This document shows, piece after piece, positions 17,614-27,267 of a stretch of 64,000 nucleotides of DNA (position 1 is its first letter; each line of letters starts with the position of its first letter). Source of the stretch: Candidatus Omnitrophota bacterium. GTDB lineage: Bacteria; Omnitrophota; Gorgyraeia; Gygaellales; Profunditerraquicolaceae. Location: NCBI GenBank assembly GCA_030691865.1, contig JAUYDL010000041.1, positions 758 to 64,757 of the forward strand, written 5' to 3'. Under the pieces are notes generated by a model. The model ran no database searches, was not told the origin of the DNA, and was given only the letters and a program-made list of their open reading frames with translations. The position numbers were made by a program, and so were the translations under genes.

Positions 17614-18282
17614 TTAGGCTTTAGCGTAAAATTTCTTGATTGCTCGCGCTACCTCTTTAGGCTCATCAACTAAAATAAACAAATCCATGTCCTCTTGATC
17701 AATATTGCCATGGTTATAAACTGTTTTCTTCAACCACTCTAATAGCGGCTTCCAGTATTGGCTGTTAAAAAGAATCACCGGAAATTTAGCAATTCTTTCG
17801 GTCTGAATAAGAGTAATCGCCTCAAAAAATTCATCCAGAGTGCCGTATCCTCCGGGTAAAATTACAAAAGCCTTGGCGTACTTTACAAACATAACCTTAC
17901 GCACAAAGAAATAACGAAAACCTAAAACAGTATCCACATATTTATTGGGCTTCTGTTCGCAAGGAATCTGAATATTAAGGCCGATGGAATGTCCATGCGC
18001 ACGCCGGGCGCCTTTATTGGCTGCCTCCATAAGCCCGGGGCCGCTTCCGGTAATAATCGCATATCCGGCTTTGGCGATATGATATGCCACTTCTTCAGCC
18101 AACTTATAAAATTGAGTATCCGGCTTGCTCCGGGCTGACCCAAAGATAGAAACCGCCTTGCCTACTTTAGAAAGGACCTCAAAGCCATCCACAAACTCCG
18201 ACATGATGCGGAATATCCGCCAGGTATCCTCGCTGGTAAAATCATCCTTGAAGTTGATTTTTTTCATCTTTTCACGCCTCAT
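17614..18282 (-). CDS. LOG family nucleotide phosphoribohydrolase
   Basis: SIFGSAR, TGSGPGLMEAAN, FFVRKVMF, PGGYGTLDE. Confidence 0.92.
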   Translation of the reverse strand: MRREKMKKINFKDDFTSEDTWRIFRIMSEFVDGFEVLSKVGKAVSIFGSARSKPDTQFYKLAEEVAYHIAKAGYAIITGSGPGLMEAANKGARRAHGHSIGLNIQIPCEQKPNKYVDTVLGFRYFFVRKVMFVKYAKAFVILPGGYGTLDEFFEAITLIQTERIAKFPVILFNSQYWKPLLEWLKKTVYNHGNIDQEDMDLFILVDEPKEVARAIKKFYAKA

Positions 18283-18292
18283 TGGTCTTGCG

Positions 18293-20509
18293 TTAATTAT
18301 TAAGGCAATTCTCTAGCGCATTACTCCAGGCCTTATATAATCCATTAACGGGAATATCAATCAAATTGTTAATAATGAGCCGATTGCCGCCCACCCTGCC
18401 GATTGCCGCAAGAGGGGTTTTATTCTTTTTGGCAATCTGCATTATTTTCTTAACATCCTTCTCTTTAGCACTTAAGATAATGCGCGATTGCGACTCGCCG
18501 AACAAAAGGGCGTCTTTTCTTATTTTGTCAGAAACCAGGTTGATTAGGGCGCCTGTTTTTTTCTTGGGACTGCTGATGCAGCATTCCGCTAAGGCAACTG
18601 CCAGGCCGCCCTCAGAGCAGTCATGCGCCGAGCGCACCAACCCCTTTTCAATCGCCTCTAATGCGGTTTTTTGCACGCTCTTTTCCAATTTTAAGTCAAT
18701 TACCGGGCACTTCCCTTTTTTAAGGCCATAGACAGTCTTAAGGTATTCGCTTCCGCCTAATTCTTCTTTATTTTTACCGAGTAATAAAATTACATCCCCG
18801 GAATTTTTAAAATATTGACTGGTAATTTTGGAACGGTCCTTAATCAACCCTACCATTCCGACAATAAGAGTAGGATCAACTGAACCCTTAGGGTTCTCGT
18901 TATTGAAACTCACGTTTCCGCTTACTACCGGCGTATTCAAGGCCCGGCAAGCAGCAGAGATTCCCAAAACGGTCTGCCTAAATTGCCAGAAGACTTCCGG
19001 ATTTTTAGGATTGCCATAGTTTACACCGTCGGTAATCGCCAAAGGTTTAGCTCCGGAACAGACTAAATTTCGCGCTGCCTCAGCCACAGAAATTTCACCG
19101 CCGCGAAAAGGATCCAGATAGCAATAAGTAGAATTGCAATCCGTAGTCGCCGCCACCGCCTTCTTTGAGCCTGATACCGCTACCACTCCGGCATCAGAGC
19201 CTGGAGCCAATAAAACATTTTTCGCCACCTTGGGGTCAGCGTGCTTAAAAACCCAACCCTTGCTGGCGATAGAAGGATTACCTAGTAGCTTCAAGAGTAT
19301 CCCGTTACAATTTTTGGGCTTCTTGATACTTGCCAGATTTAACTTATTTACTTTAGCCAAATATTTTGGCCGGGCAGCCTTGCGATGATAAACCGGGGCT
19401 TCTACTAATGCCGCAGCCGGAACTTCAGCAACCACTATACCATTCTCTCTCACCCGTACCATCCCGTCGTCGGTTACGTGCCCGATGAGGTCTACCGGCA
19501 CATTCCATTTGGCAAAAATTTTCTCTACCGCTTCGAGTTTATCCTTTTCTACAATCACTAACATCCTTTCCTGGGATTCAGAGAGCATTACTTCATAAGC
19601 ATTCATCCCTTCTTCTTTACGCGGCACTAAGGCAATGTCGATTTCTATTCCGGTCTTGGCCTTATAAGAAGTCTCGGAGGTAGAGCAAATAAGCCCGGCA
19701 GCGCCCATATCCTGCATACCAAGGGCTAATTTTTTCTGCATTAGTTCTAAACAAGCTTCCCTTAAAATTTTTCCCATCTTAGGGTCGCCGATAGCAACCG
19801 CGGAACTATTTTTAGCCGCTTCTTCGTCTATTGCAACAGAAGCAAAAGCTGCGCCTGCCACACCATCCCTACCCGTGGGGCCACCGACAATTAAAACCAA
19901 ATTACCGACGCCGGTAGCGCGAGCCTTTACGATCTCCTTGTTCTTCAATATACCTAAGGTCATAGCATTTACCAAGGGATTACCTTCGTAAGATTCGTCG
20001 AAATAATTCTCACCTCCCAAAACCGGAATTCCCACAACATTGGCATAATCGGTAAAACCGCGTATAATATTCTTGAACAGAAATTTTACTTTTGGTTTAT
20101 CCAACTTGCCTAATCGCAAAGAATCCAGTAGCCCAATCGGACGCGCGCCCATAGTAAAGATATCCCGGATACATCCGCCGCCGCCGGTGGCTGAAGCCGC
20201 ATACGGCTCAACTGCAGAAGGATGATTGTGCGATTCAATTTTAAAAGCAACTCCAAGACCATCGCCGATATCTACTACTCCGGCATTTTCTCCCGGCCCC
20301 TGAATAACCTGTTTTCCTTTTGTCGGAAAAAGCTTAAGCACGGGTTTTGAATTTTTATAAGAACAGTGCTCGCTCCACATCGCGGAAAATAAACCCAGTT
20401 CTGTATAATTAGGTTCCCGGCCAAGGCGCTTTTTGATTATTTCGTATTCTTCCATGGTCAGGCCTTCTTTTTCAATTACCTCTTTGGTGATTACGGTTTC
20501 ATCTAACAT
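18293..20509 (-). CDS. purL: FGAM synthetase, small-type PurL subunit
   Basis: WSEHCSYK, KIESHNHPS, QDMGAAG, LSESQERM, SAHDCSEGG; 738 aa with no glutaminase domain. Confidence 0.96.
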   Translation of the reverse strand: MLDETVITKEVIEKEGLTMEEYEIIKKRLGREPNYTELGLFSAMWSEHCSYKNSKPVLKLFPTKGKQVIQGPGENAGVVDIGDGLGVAFKIESHNHPSAVEPYAASATGGGGCIRDIFTMGARPIGLLDSLRLGKLDKPKVKFLFKNIIRGFTDYANVVGIPVLGGENYFDESYEGNPLVNAMTLGILKNKEIVKARATGVGNLVLIVGGPTGRDGVAGAAFASVAIDEEAAKNSSAVAIGDPKMGKILREACLELMQKKLALGMQDMGAAGLICSTSETSYKAKTGIEIDIALVPRKEEGMNAYEVMLSESQERMLVIVEKDKLEAVEKIFAKWNVPVDLIGHVTDDGMVRVRENGIVVAEVPAAALVEAPVYHRKAARPKYLAKVNKLNLASIKKPKNCNGILLKLLGNPSIASKGWVFKHADPKVAKNVLLAPGSDAGVVAVSGSKKAVAATTDCNSTYCYLDPFRGGEISVAEAARNLVCSGAKPLAITDGVNYGNPKNPEVFWQFRQTVLGISAACRALNTPVVSGNVSFNNENPKGSVDPTLIVGMVGLIKDRSKITSQYFKNSGDVILLLGKNKEELGGSEYLKTVYGLKKGKCPVIDLKLEKSVQKTALEAIEKGLVRSAHDCSEGGLAVALAECCISSPKKKTGALINLVSDKIRKDALLFGESQSRIILSAKEKDVKKIMQIAKKNKTPLAAIGRVGGNRLIINNLIDIPVNGLYKAWSNALENCLNN

Positions 20510-20690
20510 TGCTATTCCTTTCTTTTTTTATCAATAAAACTCCCGAAAAAATGAAAACTCTACCTCTCTTTTACTGCTTCTTTGCAGTAAATGCATTTAT
20601 CTCTACGCCATTGTAGAAATATTTTTACTACCCAGATTCTTGTACCATATCAATATGATTTAGAAAATTTTGGTAGGGATGACAAAAATT

Positions 20691-21983
20691 CTATAACCCG
20701 ACCCTTAAGAAAATCGTATTTACATTGCGCAAGTAATAGTTTAAATCAAATATTTTATCCAGCTCTTTTTCAGTCAAGTATTTAGAGGCATCTTTATCCA
20801 AGAGCAGGATATCCTTAAAATCTATGCCGTCTTTCCACGTCTTCATGGCACAACGCTGCACAATATCATAAGCTTTGGGGCGAGGCATGCCGCGATCCAT
20901 AAGGCTTAAAAGCACCCTTTGCGAGAATATCAAACCCTTAGTCTTAATTAAGTTTGCCATCATATGCTCAGTATAAACATTTAAACCTTCAATCACCTGA
21001 ATAAATTTATTAAGCATATAATCTAAGGCCAAGGTTGAATCAGGCATAATCACCCGCTCAACAGATGAATGCGATATATCGCGTTCATGCCATAAAGCGA
21101 CATTCTCCATTGCAGCAAGAGCATTGCCTCGTAAGAGGCGTGATAGTCCGCAGATACGCTCGCAGATAACCGGATTGCGTTTATGCGGCATAGCCGAAGA
21201 ACCCTTTTGGCCTTTGCCAAACGGTTCTTCTACCTCCAAAACCTCGGTGCGCTGCAAATGCCTTATCTCAGTGGCGAATTTCTCCAGGCTTGACCCGATA
21301 ATCGCAATTTTCGCCATATATACGGCATAAATATCTCTCTGGATTATTTGGGTAGAAATTTTCGCCGGCCTAAGGCCCAATTTTTGACAGATATAACTTT
21401 CTACCTTGGGATCAATATTAGCGAATGTCCCAACAGCGCCCGAGACCTTACCAACTGAAACCTCATCCTTCGCCAGCTTAAAACGCTCTAAATTACGCTG
21501 CATCTCATCATACCAAAGCGCGAGTTTTAAACCAAACGTAGTCGGCTCAGCATGTACACCATGGGTGCGGCCAATACAAGCTGTATCCTTATAAATCTTG
21601 GCTTTTTTAGCCAGCGCCTTAAGCAACCTATTTATATCGTCAACCAAAATCTCCGCGGCTGCTTTTAATTGCACGCCAAGTGTAGTATCCAGGATATCAG
21701 AAGAAGTTAACCCAAGATGCAGGTATTTGGCATCGCTACCTATATATTGGGCTACATTAGTGACAAATGCCACTACATCATGTTGTGTTTTTTCTTCAAT
21801 CTTCTTGATTTGGGCTAAATTAAACTTGGCTTTTTTGCGGATTCTCTTTATTGCCTGCGGCGGGACTTTTTTAAGTTTAACTAATGCCTCTAAAGCGAGT
21901 ATCTCAATGGCAAGCATAGTCTTAAACTTAAACTCCTCCTGCCAGATACTCTTCATTTGCGGCAGGCTGTAACGTTCAATCAT
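20691..21983 (-). CDS. purB: Adenylosuccinate lyase
   Basis: MIERYS, GRTHGVHAEP, GSSAMPHKRNP, WHERDISHSS. Confidence 0.97.
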   Translation of the reverse strand: MIERYSLPQMKSIWQEEFKFKTMLAIEILALEALVKLKKVPPQAIKRIRKKAKFNLAQIKKIEEKTQHDVVAFVTNVAQYIGSDAKYLHLGLTSSDILDTTLGVQLKAAAEILVDDINRLLKALAKKAKIYKDTACIGRTHGVHAEPTTFGLKLALWYDEMQRNLERFKLAKDEVSVGKVSGAVGTFANIDPKVESYICQKLGLRPAKISTQIIQRDIYAVYMAKIAIIGSSLEKFATEIRHLQRTEVLEVEEPFGKGQKGSSAMPHKRNPVICERICGLSRLLRGNALAAMENVALWHERDISHSSVERVIMPDSTLALDYMLNKFIQVIEGLNVYTEHMMANLIKTKGLIFSQRVLLSLMDRGMPRPKAYDIVQRCAMKTWKDGIDFKDILLLDKDASKYLTEKELDKIFDLNYYLRNVNTIFLRVGL

Positions 21984-22015
21984 TGCGAGGCTTCCTCCTA
22001 TCTTTTGAAGAATTA

Positions 22016-22044
22016 ATTATAGCAAAAAAAACGCCATTTAGCAA
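22016..22044 (-). promoter_or_regulatory. Sigma70 promoter for the purB operon
   Basis: TTGCTA, 17-bp spacer, TATAAT with extended TGn. Confidence 0.6.
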
Positions 22045-22080
22045 ACAAAAAATGGGTAAAAAAATGGGTAAAAAAAGAGG

Positions 22081-22118
22081 GGGGACGTTTCCCTTCCGCC
22101 TTGAAGGGAAACGTCCCC
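22081..22118. repeat. GGGGAC-family hairpin
   Basis: GGGGACGTTTCCCTTC-CGCCTT-GAAGGGAAACGTCCCC; near-identical copy at 38233-38270. Confidence 0.85.
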
Positions 22119-22227
22119 TATTTTAAGAAAAATCTAACAAAACTATTTAATTAGTAATTAGGGAAAACATTGTTGCAATCTGGCTATTTTGTTTTATAAT
22201 TAATGAATATAACGAAAGGATCAAAAA

Positions 22228-23349
22228 ATGTTAAAAATTTTACGCAATAAAAAAATAGCAAAAAAAATCTGGATTGGGCTGGCCGTAATTATTATTCCGG
22301 CATTTGCTCTCTGGGGTTTTGGAGGAGCAAGCCGCGACCGGCAAGAGGCCACTATAGCCGGAAAGATTTTTGGCAAGAATATCACAAATTTAGAGTTTAG
22401 AAGCTCCCTAGTCGCCGTAAGGACCATGGCGATTATGCAATTCGGCGACAAGCTCCCGGAGATCGAAAAATATTTAAATTTCCAAGGCCAGGCCTGGGAA
22501 AGATTAATCCTTTTACATGAAGCAAAAATGCGCCGAATCAACGTAAAGGATAAAGAAGTTATTGAAGAAATTCAGAATGCGCCATATTTTCAGGTTAAAA
22601 ACGGTTTTAGCAATAAAATTTATCAGGAAGCCCTGCGCTACGTCCTGCGCTTACAGGCGCGTATCTTTGAAGAACAGACACGCCAGAATTTAATCCTGGC
22701 TAAACTATACAATCAAATTACCCAAAACCTAAATTTGAGCGATGACCAGATTCATCAGGAATACCTAAAAGCTAATGAAGAATTAAATATTTATTACATT
22801 GCCAGCCTCTTTTTGGAATTTGCCAAAACTATCAAACCCAGTGAGAAAGAAATCAGCAGTTACTTTGAGCAGAATAAAGCCAGGTTTAAGGAACCGCCAA
22901 CTAAGGATAAGCCCACGCGTATCCCGGAGTTAGCAGAAATAAAGGATAAGGTTAGAGATACCTTAATCAATGAAACCGCCAAAGAAATTGCTCAGAAAAA
23001 AATAAATGAATGCGCAGAGAAATTAAAACAGATGGAATTTAATCAGGCCGCCGCCTTTTGCGGCCTAAAAAGCGCAGAAACTGATTTCTTCAAATCTAAC
23101 GGCACAATTGAAAATTTGGGGACAGCCCGGATTTTCTGGGATAGCGCTAAAAAATTAAAGGATAAAGAGCTGAGCAGTATAATCTCTAACGACCAAGGCT
23201 GCTACATCATAAAACTTAAATCCCTTAAACCTATCGATGAAAACAAATTCCTTAAAGAAAAGGAAAGTTTCTCCCAAAGATTATTATCCGCCAGGAAAAA
23301 CGAACTCTTCGCTGAATTCATTGACCAACTAAAGAAAAAGGCGCAATAA
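22228..23349 (+). CDS. SurA N-terminal domain / PpiD-like periplasmic chaperone
   Basis: N-terminal membrane anchor, LLHEAK...I.V.D.EV...I pattern; preceded by TTGCAA-16-TATAAT. Confidence 0.75.
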   Translation: MLKILRNKKIAKKIWIGLAVIIIPAFALWGFGGASRDRQEATIAGKIFGKNITNLEFRSSLVAVRTMAIMQFGDKLPEIEKYLNFQGQAWERLILLHEAKMRRINVKDKEVIEEIQNAPYFQVKNGFSNKIYQEALRYVLRLQARIFEEQTRQNLILAKLYNQITQNLNLSDDQIHQEYLKANEELNIYYIASLFLEFAKTIKPSEKEISSYFEQNKARFKEPPTKDKPTRIPELAEIKDKVRDTLINETAKEIAQKKINECAEKLKQMEFNQAAAFCGLKSAETDFFKSNGTIENLGTARIFWDSAKKLKDKELSSIISNDQGCYIIKLKSLKPIDENKFLKEKESFSQRLLSARKNELFAEFIDQLKKKAQ

Positions 23350-23423
23350 AATTTATTGCGCCCTTAGAACTGCTTAATAATTGGGGTCAAATAATTGGGG
23401 TCAGATTTATTTTTTCAATTATT

Positions 23424-23606
23424 TTAGCCTACTTTTATGGAATTAACCGGACAGGAGTCCGCTACTTCCTGCAAATTACAAGATGTAGAAACCTGCGACT
23501 TGACATGGGCAACCCCATCACCCTGCACCTCAAAAATATCCGGGCATGACTGTTCGCATAAACCGCAACCCACACATGTAGAAGCATCAACGGTAACCTT
23601 GGCCAT
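23424..23606 (-). CDS. Ferredoxin
   Basis: CVGCGLC...CP and a distal CP. Confidence 0.9.
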   Translation of the reverse strand: MAKVTVDASTCVGCGLCEQSCPDIFEVQGDGVAHVKSQVSTSCNLQEVADSCPVNSIKVG

Positions 23607-23618
23607 ATTATCTCCCTA

Positions 23619-24098
23619 TTATCTTTCTAAAAGGTTTTCAAACATCTCTTCATGATCTACTTCTTCACTCAATATATGGGTAACTAACTGGTAAGTCACA
23701 TTGTCTTTACCAAATGTCTTCTTAGCCAGTTTATTATAAACTTCGATTGCCCCTGCCTCTGCTTCTGCTACGATACGGATAATCCGATTAATATCGGCGG
23801 TATTTTTCGGGGGCACTAAATATGCGGCGTTAGCTCCCTTTTCTAAATCCATAGGGTTAGCAACCGGGAGATCCCCTAGCTTGGTAATTAAATCCGCTAA
23901 TTCCGCGGCATGCTCTAATTCATCTTTAGCTAACTTTTCCAGCATCTCCTTGGTATCTTCATAAGCCCGTCCGGAAACAGTTTGAGCCATATACCAGTAA
24001 AGATAAAATGCCAACCATTCATCACAATATGCCTTGTTTAAATCCTTAACCAGATCCTTTAAACTTAAATCCGCTATTGCCCTTGCTTGTTTTCCCAT
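23619..24098 (-). CDS. Ferritin-like (DPSL / bacterioferritin-related) protein
   Basis: AYCDEWLA, DELEHA, EAGAI..Y, EEVDHE. Confidence 0.88.
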   Translation of the reverse strand: MGKQARAIADLSLKDLVKDLNKAYCDEWLAFYLYWYMAQTVSGRAYEDTKEMLEKLAKDELEHAAELADLITKLGDLPVANPMDLEKGANAAYLVPPKNTADINRIIRIVAEAEAGAIEVYNKLAKKTFGKDNVTYQLVTHILSEEVDHEEMFENLLER

Positions 24099-24140
24099 AT
24101 TTTATCCTCCCCTCCCTGCCTGCCGTCAGGCAGGCTTACC

Positions 24141-25019
24141 TTAAGCCTCCAGCTTCAAATTGTACTTCTTTATATTATTATCCGCAATCTCCTGAATTTT
24201 TTTGATCTCTTCAGGATTATCGAGGAGATGTTTAAATCTACCCTGGCTCTTTAAATATTCTTGGACCGGCTTGGGAACAATCTGCTTACGATTAGCTAAA
24301 ACGCCATTTTCATATTCAAACAAAGGATAAAGGCCGGTCTCGACTGCTAATTTTGCTACCGTTAACATCTGGTTTGTTTCATGGCGCCAGCCTAAAGGAC
24401 AAGGCACATGCACCTGAATATATTTGGGCCCTTTGATCGAGATAGCCTTCTTTACTTTGCGCGTTAAATCCTGCGGAAAACCCGCGGAAGCCGTTGCCAC
24501 ATAAGGAATGCCATGTGCAAGAGCAATCTCAGGCATAGGTTTTTTAGGTCGGAAGTTGCCGATAGATTGCTTCCCCGGCGGCGATGTGGTGGTGTTTGTG
24601 CCGTAAGGCGTGAGGCCGCTTCTTTGAATTCCCGTATTTTCATATGCCTCATTATCAAAGCAAATATATAAAATATCATGCCCGCGCTCAAGCATGCCGG
24701 ATAATGCCTGCAACCCTATATCTGCGGTGCCCCCGTCTCCGCCCTGGGCAATCACATTAATCGTATCTTTTTTACCTAAATATATCAGCGCTGCCTCGAT
24801 ACCCGAAGCAACCGCCGCGGAATTTTCAAACAAAGAATGAATCCATGGTACCCCCCAGGCAGTTTCCGGATATTTGGCAGAAAAAACCTCCAGACAACCG
24901 GTATTATTGGCAATAATCGTATTTGCCCCGGCCGCTTCAACCACTAAACGCGCAGCAATCGCCTGGCCGCAGCCAGCGCAAGCAGTATGTCCGGATTTAA
25001 ATAAAGGGCTATTTTCCAT
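24141..25019 (-). CDS. porB: Pyruvate:ferredoxin oxidoreductase beta subunit
   Basis: [12 protein letters not shown] motif GGDGG...DNEAY, PCPLGW. Confidence 0.93.
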   Translation of the reverse strand: MENSPLFKSGHTACAGCGQAIAARLVVEAAGANTIIANNTGCLEVFSAKYPETAWGVPWIHSLFENSAAVASGIEAALIYLGKKDTINVIAQGGDGGTADIGLQALSGMLERGHDILYICFDNEAYENTGIQRSGLTPYGTNTTTSPPGKQSIGNFRPKKPMPEIALAHGIPYVATASAGFPQDLTRKVKKAISIKGPKYIQVHVPCPLGWRHETNQMLTVAKLAVETGLYPLFEYENGVLANRKQIVPKPVQEYLKSQGRFKHLLDNPEEIKKIQEIADNNIKKYNLKLEA

Positions 25020-25023
25020 ATTC

Positions 25024-25069
25024 TTGTCTACCTAGACAACACCGGCGCAATTCCAATTAGCTCCGGGTG
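25024..25069. repeat. 46-bp double-hairpin REP-like repeat
   Basis: TTGTCTACCTAGACAACACCGGCGC...TTAGCTCCGGGTG. Confidence 0.85.
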
Positions 25070-26244
25070 TCTTCCTTAAGTAACTCTGGCTTTAAATCTA
25101 TGAAATCAGAATTAACTTCCTTAGCCGTTAATCTTCTAAATACTTCATGTATCGATTCTAAAGTTATATCTCTTCCTCCTAAACCACCCACAAAACTGCT
25201 GATTACTTTCGGGCCTTTCTTTTTGCCATAAAATGCCGCCTTCATCTCCACAGCAATCGGCGCATAAGCTCCTAAAGAAACTGCTTTATCTAAAACCGCG
25301 ACCCTGGGCACATCTTTTAATGCTTCATAAACCCTGGCGTAGGGAAATGGACGATAGGTAATGATACGCAGGAGCCCGACCTTTTTTCCTTTGGCGCGCT
25401 GTTCATCCACCGCTTCCTTGATCGTGCCGCAAACTGAACCCATCGCGACAATCACTTTATCGGCATCCTTAGTTTGATATTCTTCGACCAGTAAATCTTT
25501 ATAATCCCGGCCAAAAACCGCATTAAACTCCCGGCTGATTTCGGATAAATAGCCTAACGACGCTTTCATGGTTTCCTGAATGGCAAATCGTGTTTCCATA
25601 TAATAATCCGGATCAGCTAAAAGCCCCATGGAGATAGGCTCCGCCGGGTCTAATTTATACAAAGGATTATAATTGGGCAAAAATTTATTTACTTTATCCT
25701 GCTCCGGAATATCCACTGTTTCCATGCCGTGGGTTAGTATAAAACCATCCATACAGACCATTACCGGCAACATCACCCGTTTATCTTCGGCTAAGCGATA
25801 ACCAATCAGGTGAAAATCCACTGCCTCCTGGTTATCCTCGGCGTAAATTTGGAACCATCCGGCATCACGCAAAGATATAGAATCCTGCTGGTCATTCCAG
25901 ATATTTATCGGGGCGCTTATTGCGCGGTTGGCGCAGGTCATCACCACCGGCAGGCGCATTCCGGCGATATTAAAAATTACCTCCTGCATATAGAATAACC
26001 CCTGGGAACTGGTGGCGGTATAAACCCGCACACCGGTAGCCGAAGCACCTAAAACTACCGAAGCAGCAGAATGCTCACTTTCGACATTAACAAACTGCGC
26101 CTTAAGCTCGCCATTGGCTACAATCTGAGCCAGATCTTCAACAATATGTGTCTGAGGTGTTATGGGATAGGCAGAAATTACCCCCGGCTGGCAGGCCTTT
26201 ATAATTTGCGCTACCGCGTGTGAACCCTCTACAAATTCTTTCAT
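25057..26244 (-). CDS. porA: Pyruvate:ferredoxin oxidoreductase alpha subunit
   Basis: AYPITPQT, VESEHSA, TATSSQGL, GGLGGRD. Confidence 0.94.
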   Translation of the reverse strand: MKEFVEGSHAVAQIIKACQPGVISAYPITPQTHIVEDLAQIVANGELKAQFVNVESEHSAASVVLGASATGVRVYTATSSQGLFYMQEVIFNIAGMRLPVVMTCANRAISAPINIWNDQQDSISLRDAGWFQIYAEDNQEAVDFHLIGYRLAEDKRVMLPVMVCMDGFILTHGMETVDIPEQDKVNKFLPNYNPLYKLDPAEPISMGLLADPDYYMETRFAIQETMKASLGYLSEISREFNAVFGRDYKDLLVEEYQTKDADKVIVAMGSVCGTIKEAVDEQRAKGKKVGLLRIITYRPFPYARVYEALKDVPRVAVLDKAVSLGAYAPIAVEMKAAFYGKKKGPKVISSFVGGLGGRDITLESIHEVFRRLTAKEVNSDFIDLKPELLKEDTRS

Positions 26245-26513
26245 TTATCTTCACCCTTGGATTCTTCGACAACCATGGCAATATCTTTTTTAGGACAAAT
26301 ATCCGCGCATACTCCACACCCCTTGCAGAAATTGTAATCCGTCCAAAAAGCGTTCTTCTCTTTTCCGTGCACGCAGCCTTCCGGACAAATTATCAAACAC
26401 ATCCGGCAGGCAATACAGTCCTTATGTAAATAATGCGGCCGAAGCTGGGTTCTCCAGCTGCCGGTTTTGTCACCCTTACTCTCTGATGGTTTTACGGTTA
26501 ACGGCCCGAACAT
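26241..26513 (-). CDS. porD: Pyruvate:ferredoxin oxidoreductase delta subunit
   Basis: KTGSWR plus two CxxCxxCxxxCP clusters. Confidence 0.92.
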   Translation of the reverse strand: MFGPLTVKPSESKGDKTGSWRTQLRPHYLHKDCIACRMCLIICPEGCVHGKEKNAFWTDYNFCKGCGVCADICPKKDIAMVVEESKGEDK

Positions 26514-26622
26514 TAATTTGCCCTCTAATTTTTGTTAGCAAATTACCCCGCAGCCTGCAGTGAAAATATCGAAAAGATTTTCACTGCGTTTAGGCAAGGG
26601 GTAACGTTCTTATTTTCAAGCT

Positions 26623-27168
26623 CTATTTTAAATTCTTTATAAATTCAAAACCTTCTTTAACTGCCTGGATATTACCTTCCTGAGCCTTACCGCTAAAATG
26701 ATTCTTAACTACCGCGATAAGATTATCTAATTTCAATTCTCCGGTAGCCGCGGCAAAAGCACCGATGAGAGCAGTGTTTCCTAATGGGCGGCCGATATTT
26801 CTCAAAGCAATTTCATTGGCCGGGACCAAAAAAGCCCTCTGCTTGGCCTTTAACTTCGGCAGCTCCATATCCTCCTTACCATTAATAATCGCTACTCCAT
26901 CCTCTTTTAACCCGGAAAAACAGTTAAACCCGCGCATAAGCGTAGAATCAACGATAATTACGTAATTCGGCTCATAAATCTGGCTGCGTAAACGCACCGG
27001 ATCGCTGTCTACCCGCACGAAAGCATTCATCGGCGCACCCATCCTGGCTGCCCCAAAGTTGGGAAAGGCATAAGGGAATTTACCCTCATTAAAATAGCTA
27101 AACCCTAATAATGTCGCGGTAGTGATTGCGCCCTGGCCTGCGCGGGCATGGATTCTAATTTCTTTCAT
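26623..27168 (-). CDS. porC: Pyruvate:ferredoxin oxidoreductase gamma subunit
   Basis: EIRIHARAGQG, FPNFGAARMGAP, NTALIGA. Confidence 0.92.
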   Translation of the reverse strand: MKEIRIHARAGQGAITTATLLGFSYFNEGKFPYAFPNFGAARMGAPMNAFVRVDSDPVRLRSQIYEPNYVIIVDSTLMRGFNCFSGLKEDGVAIINGKEDMELPKLKAKQRAFLVPANEIALRNIGRPLGNTALIGAFAAATGELKLDNLIAVVKNHFSGKAQEGNIQAVKEGFEFIKNLK

Positions 27169-27228
27169 AATGCTCCTAGATAAACACTTTCTTGTAACAC
27201 TGCGAAAATCGCGAAAAGCGATTTCTTG

Positions 27229-27256
27229 ATTTTATAGCTTAAGCTGGTTTTGTCAA
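27229..27256 (-). promoter_or_regulatory. Sigma70 promoter for the por operon
   Basis: TTGACA, 16-bp spacer, TAAAAT. Confidence 0.55.
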
Positions 27257-27267
27257 ATGATTTATTT

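Noticed and set aside
20520-20690. Purine riboswitch upstream of purL (GATATGG and TTTCTAC on the minus strand)
   Set aside because: The spacing between motifs is far too long, and there is no CCGTAAA loop or P1-P3 pairing
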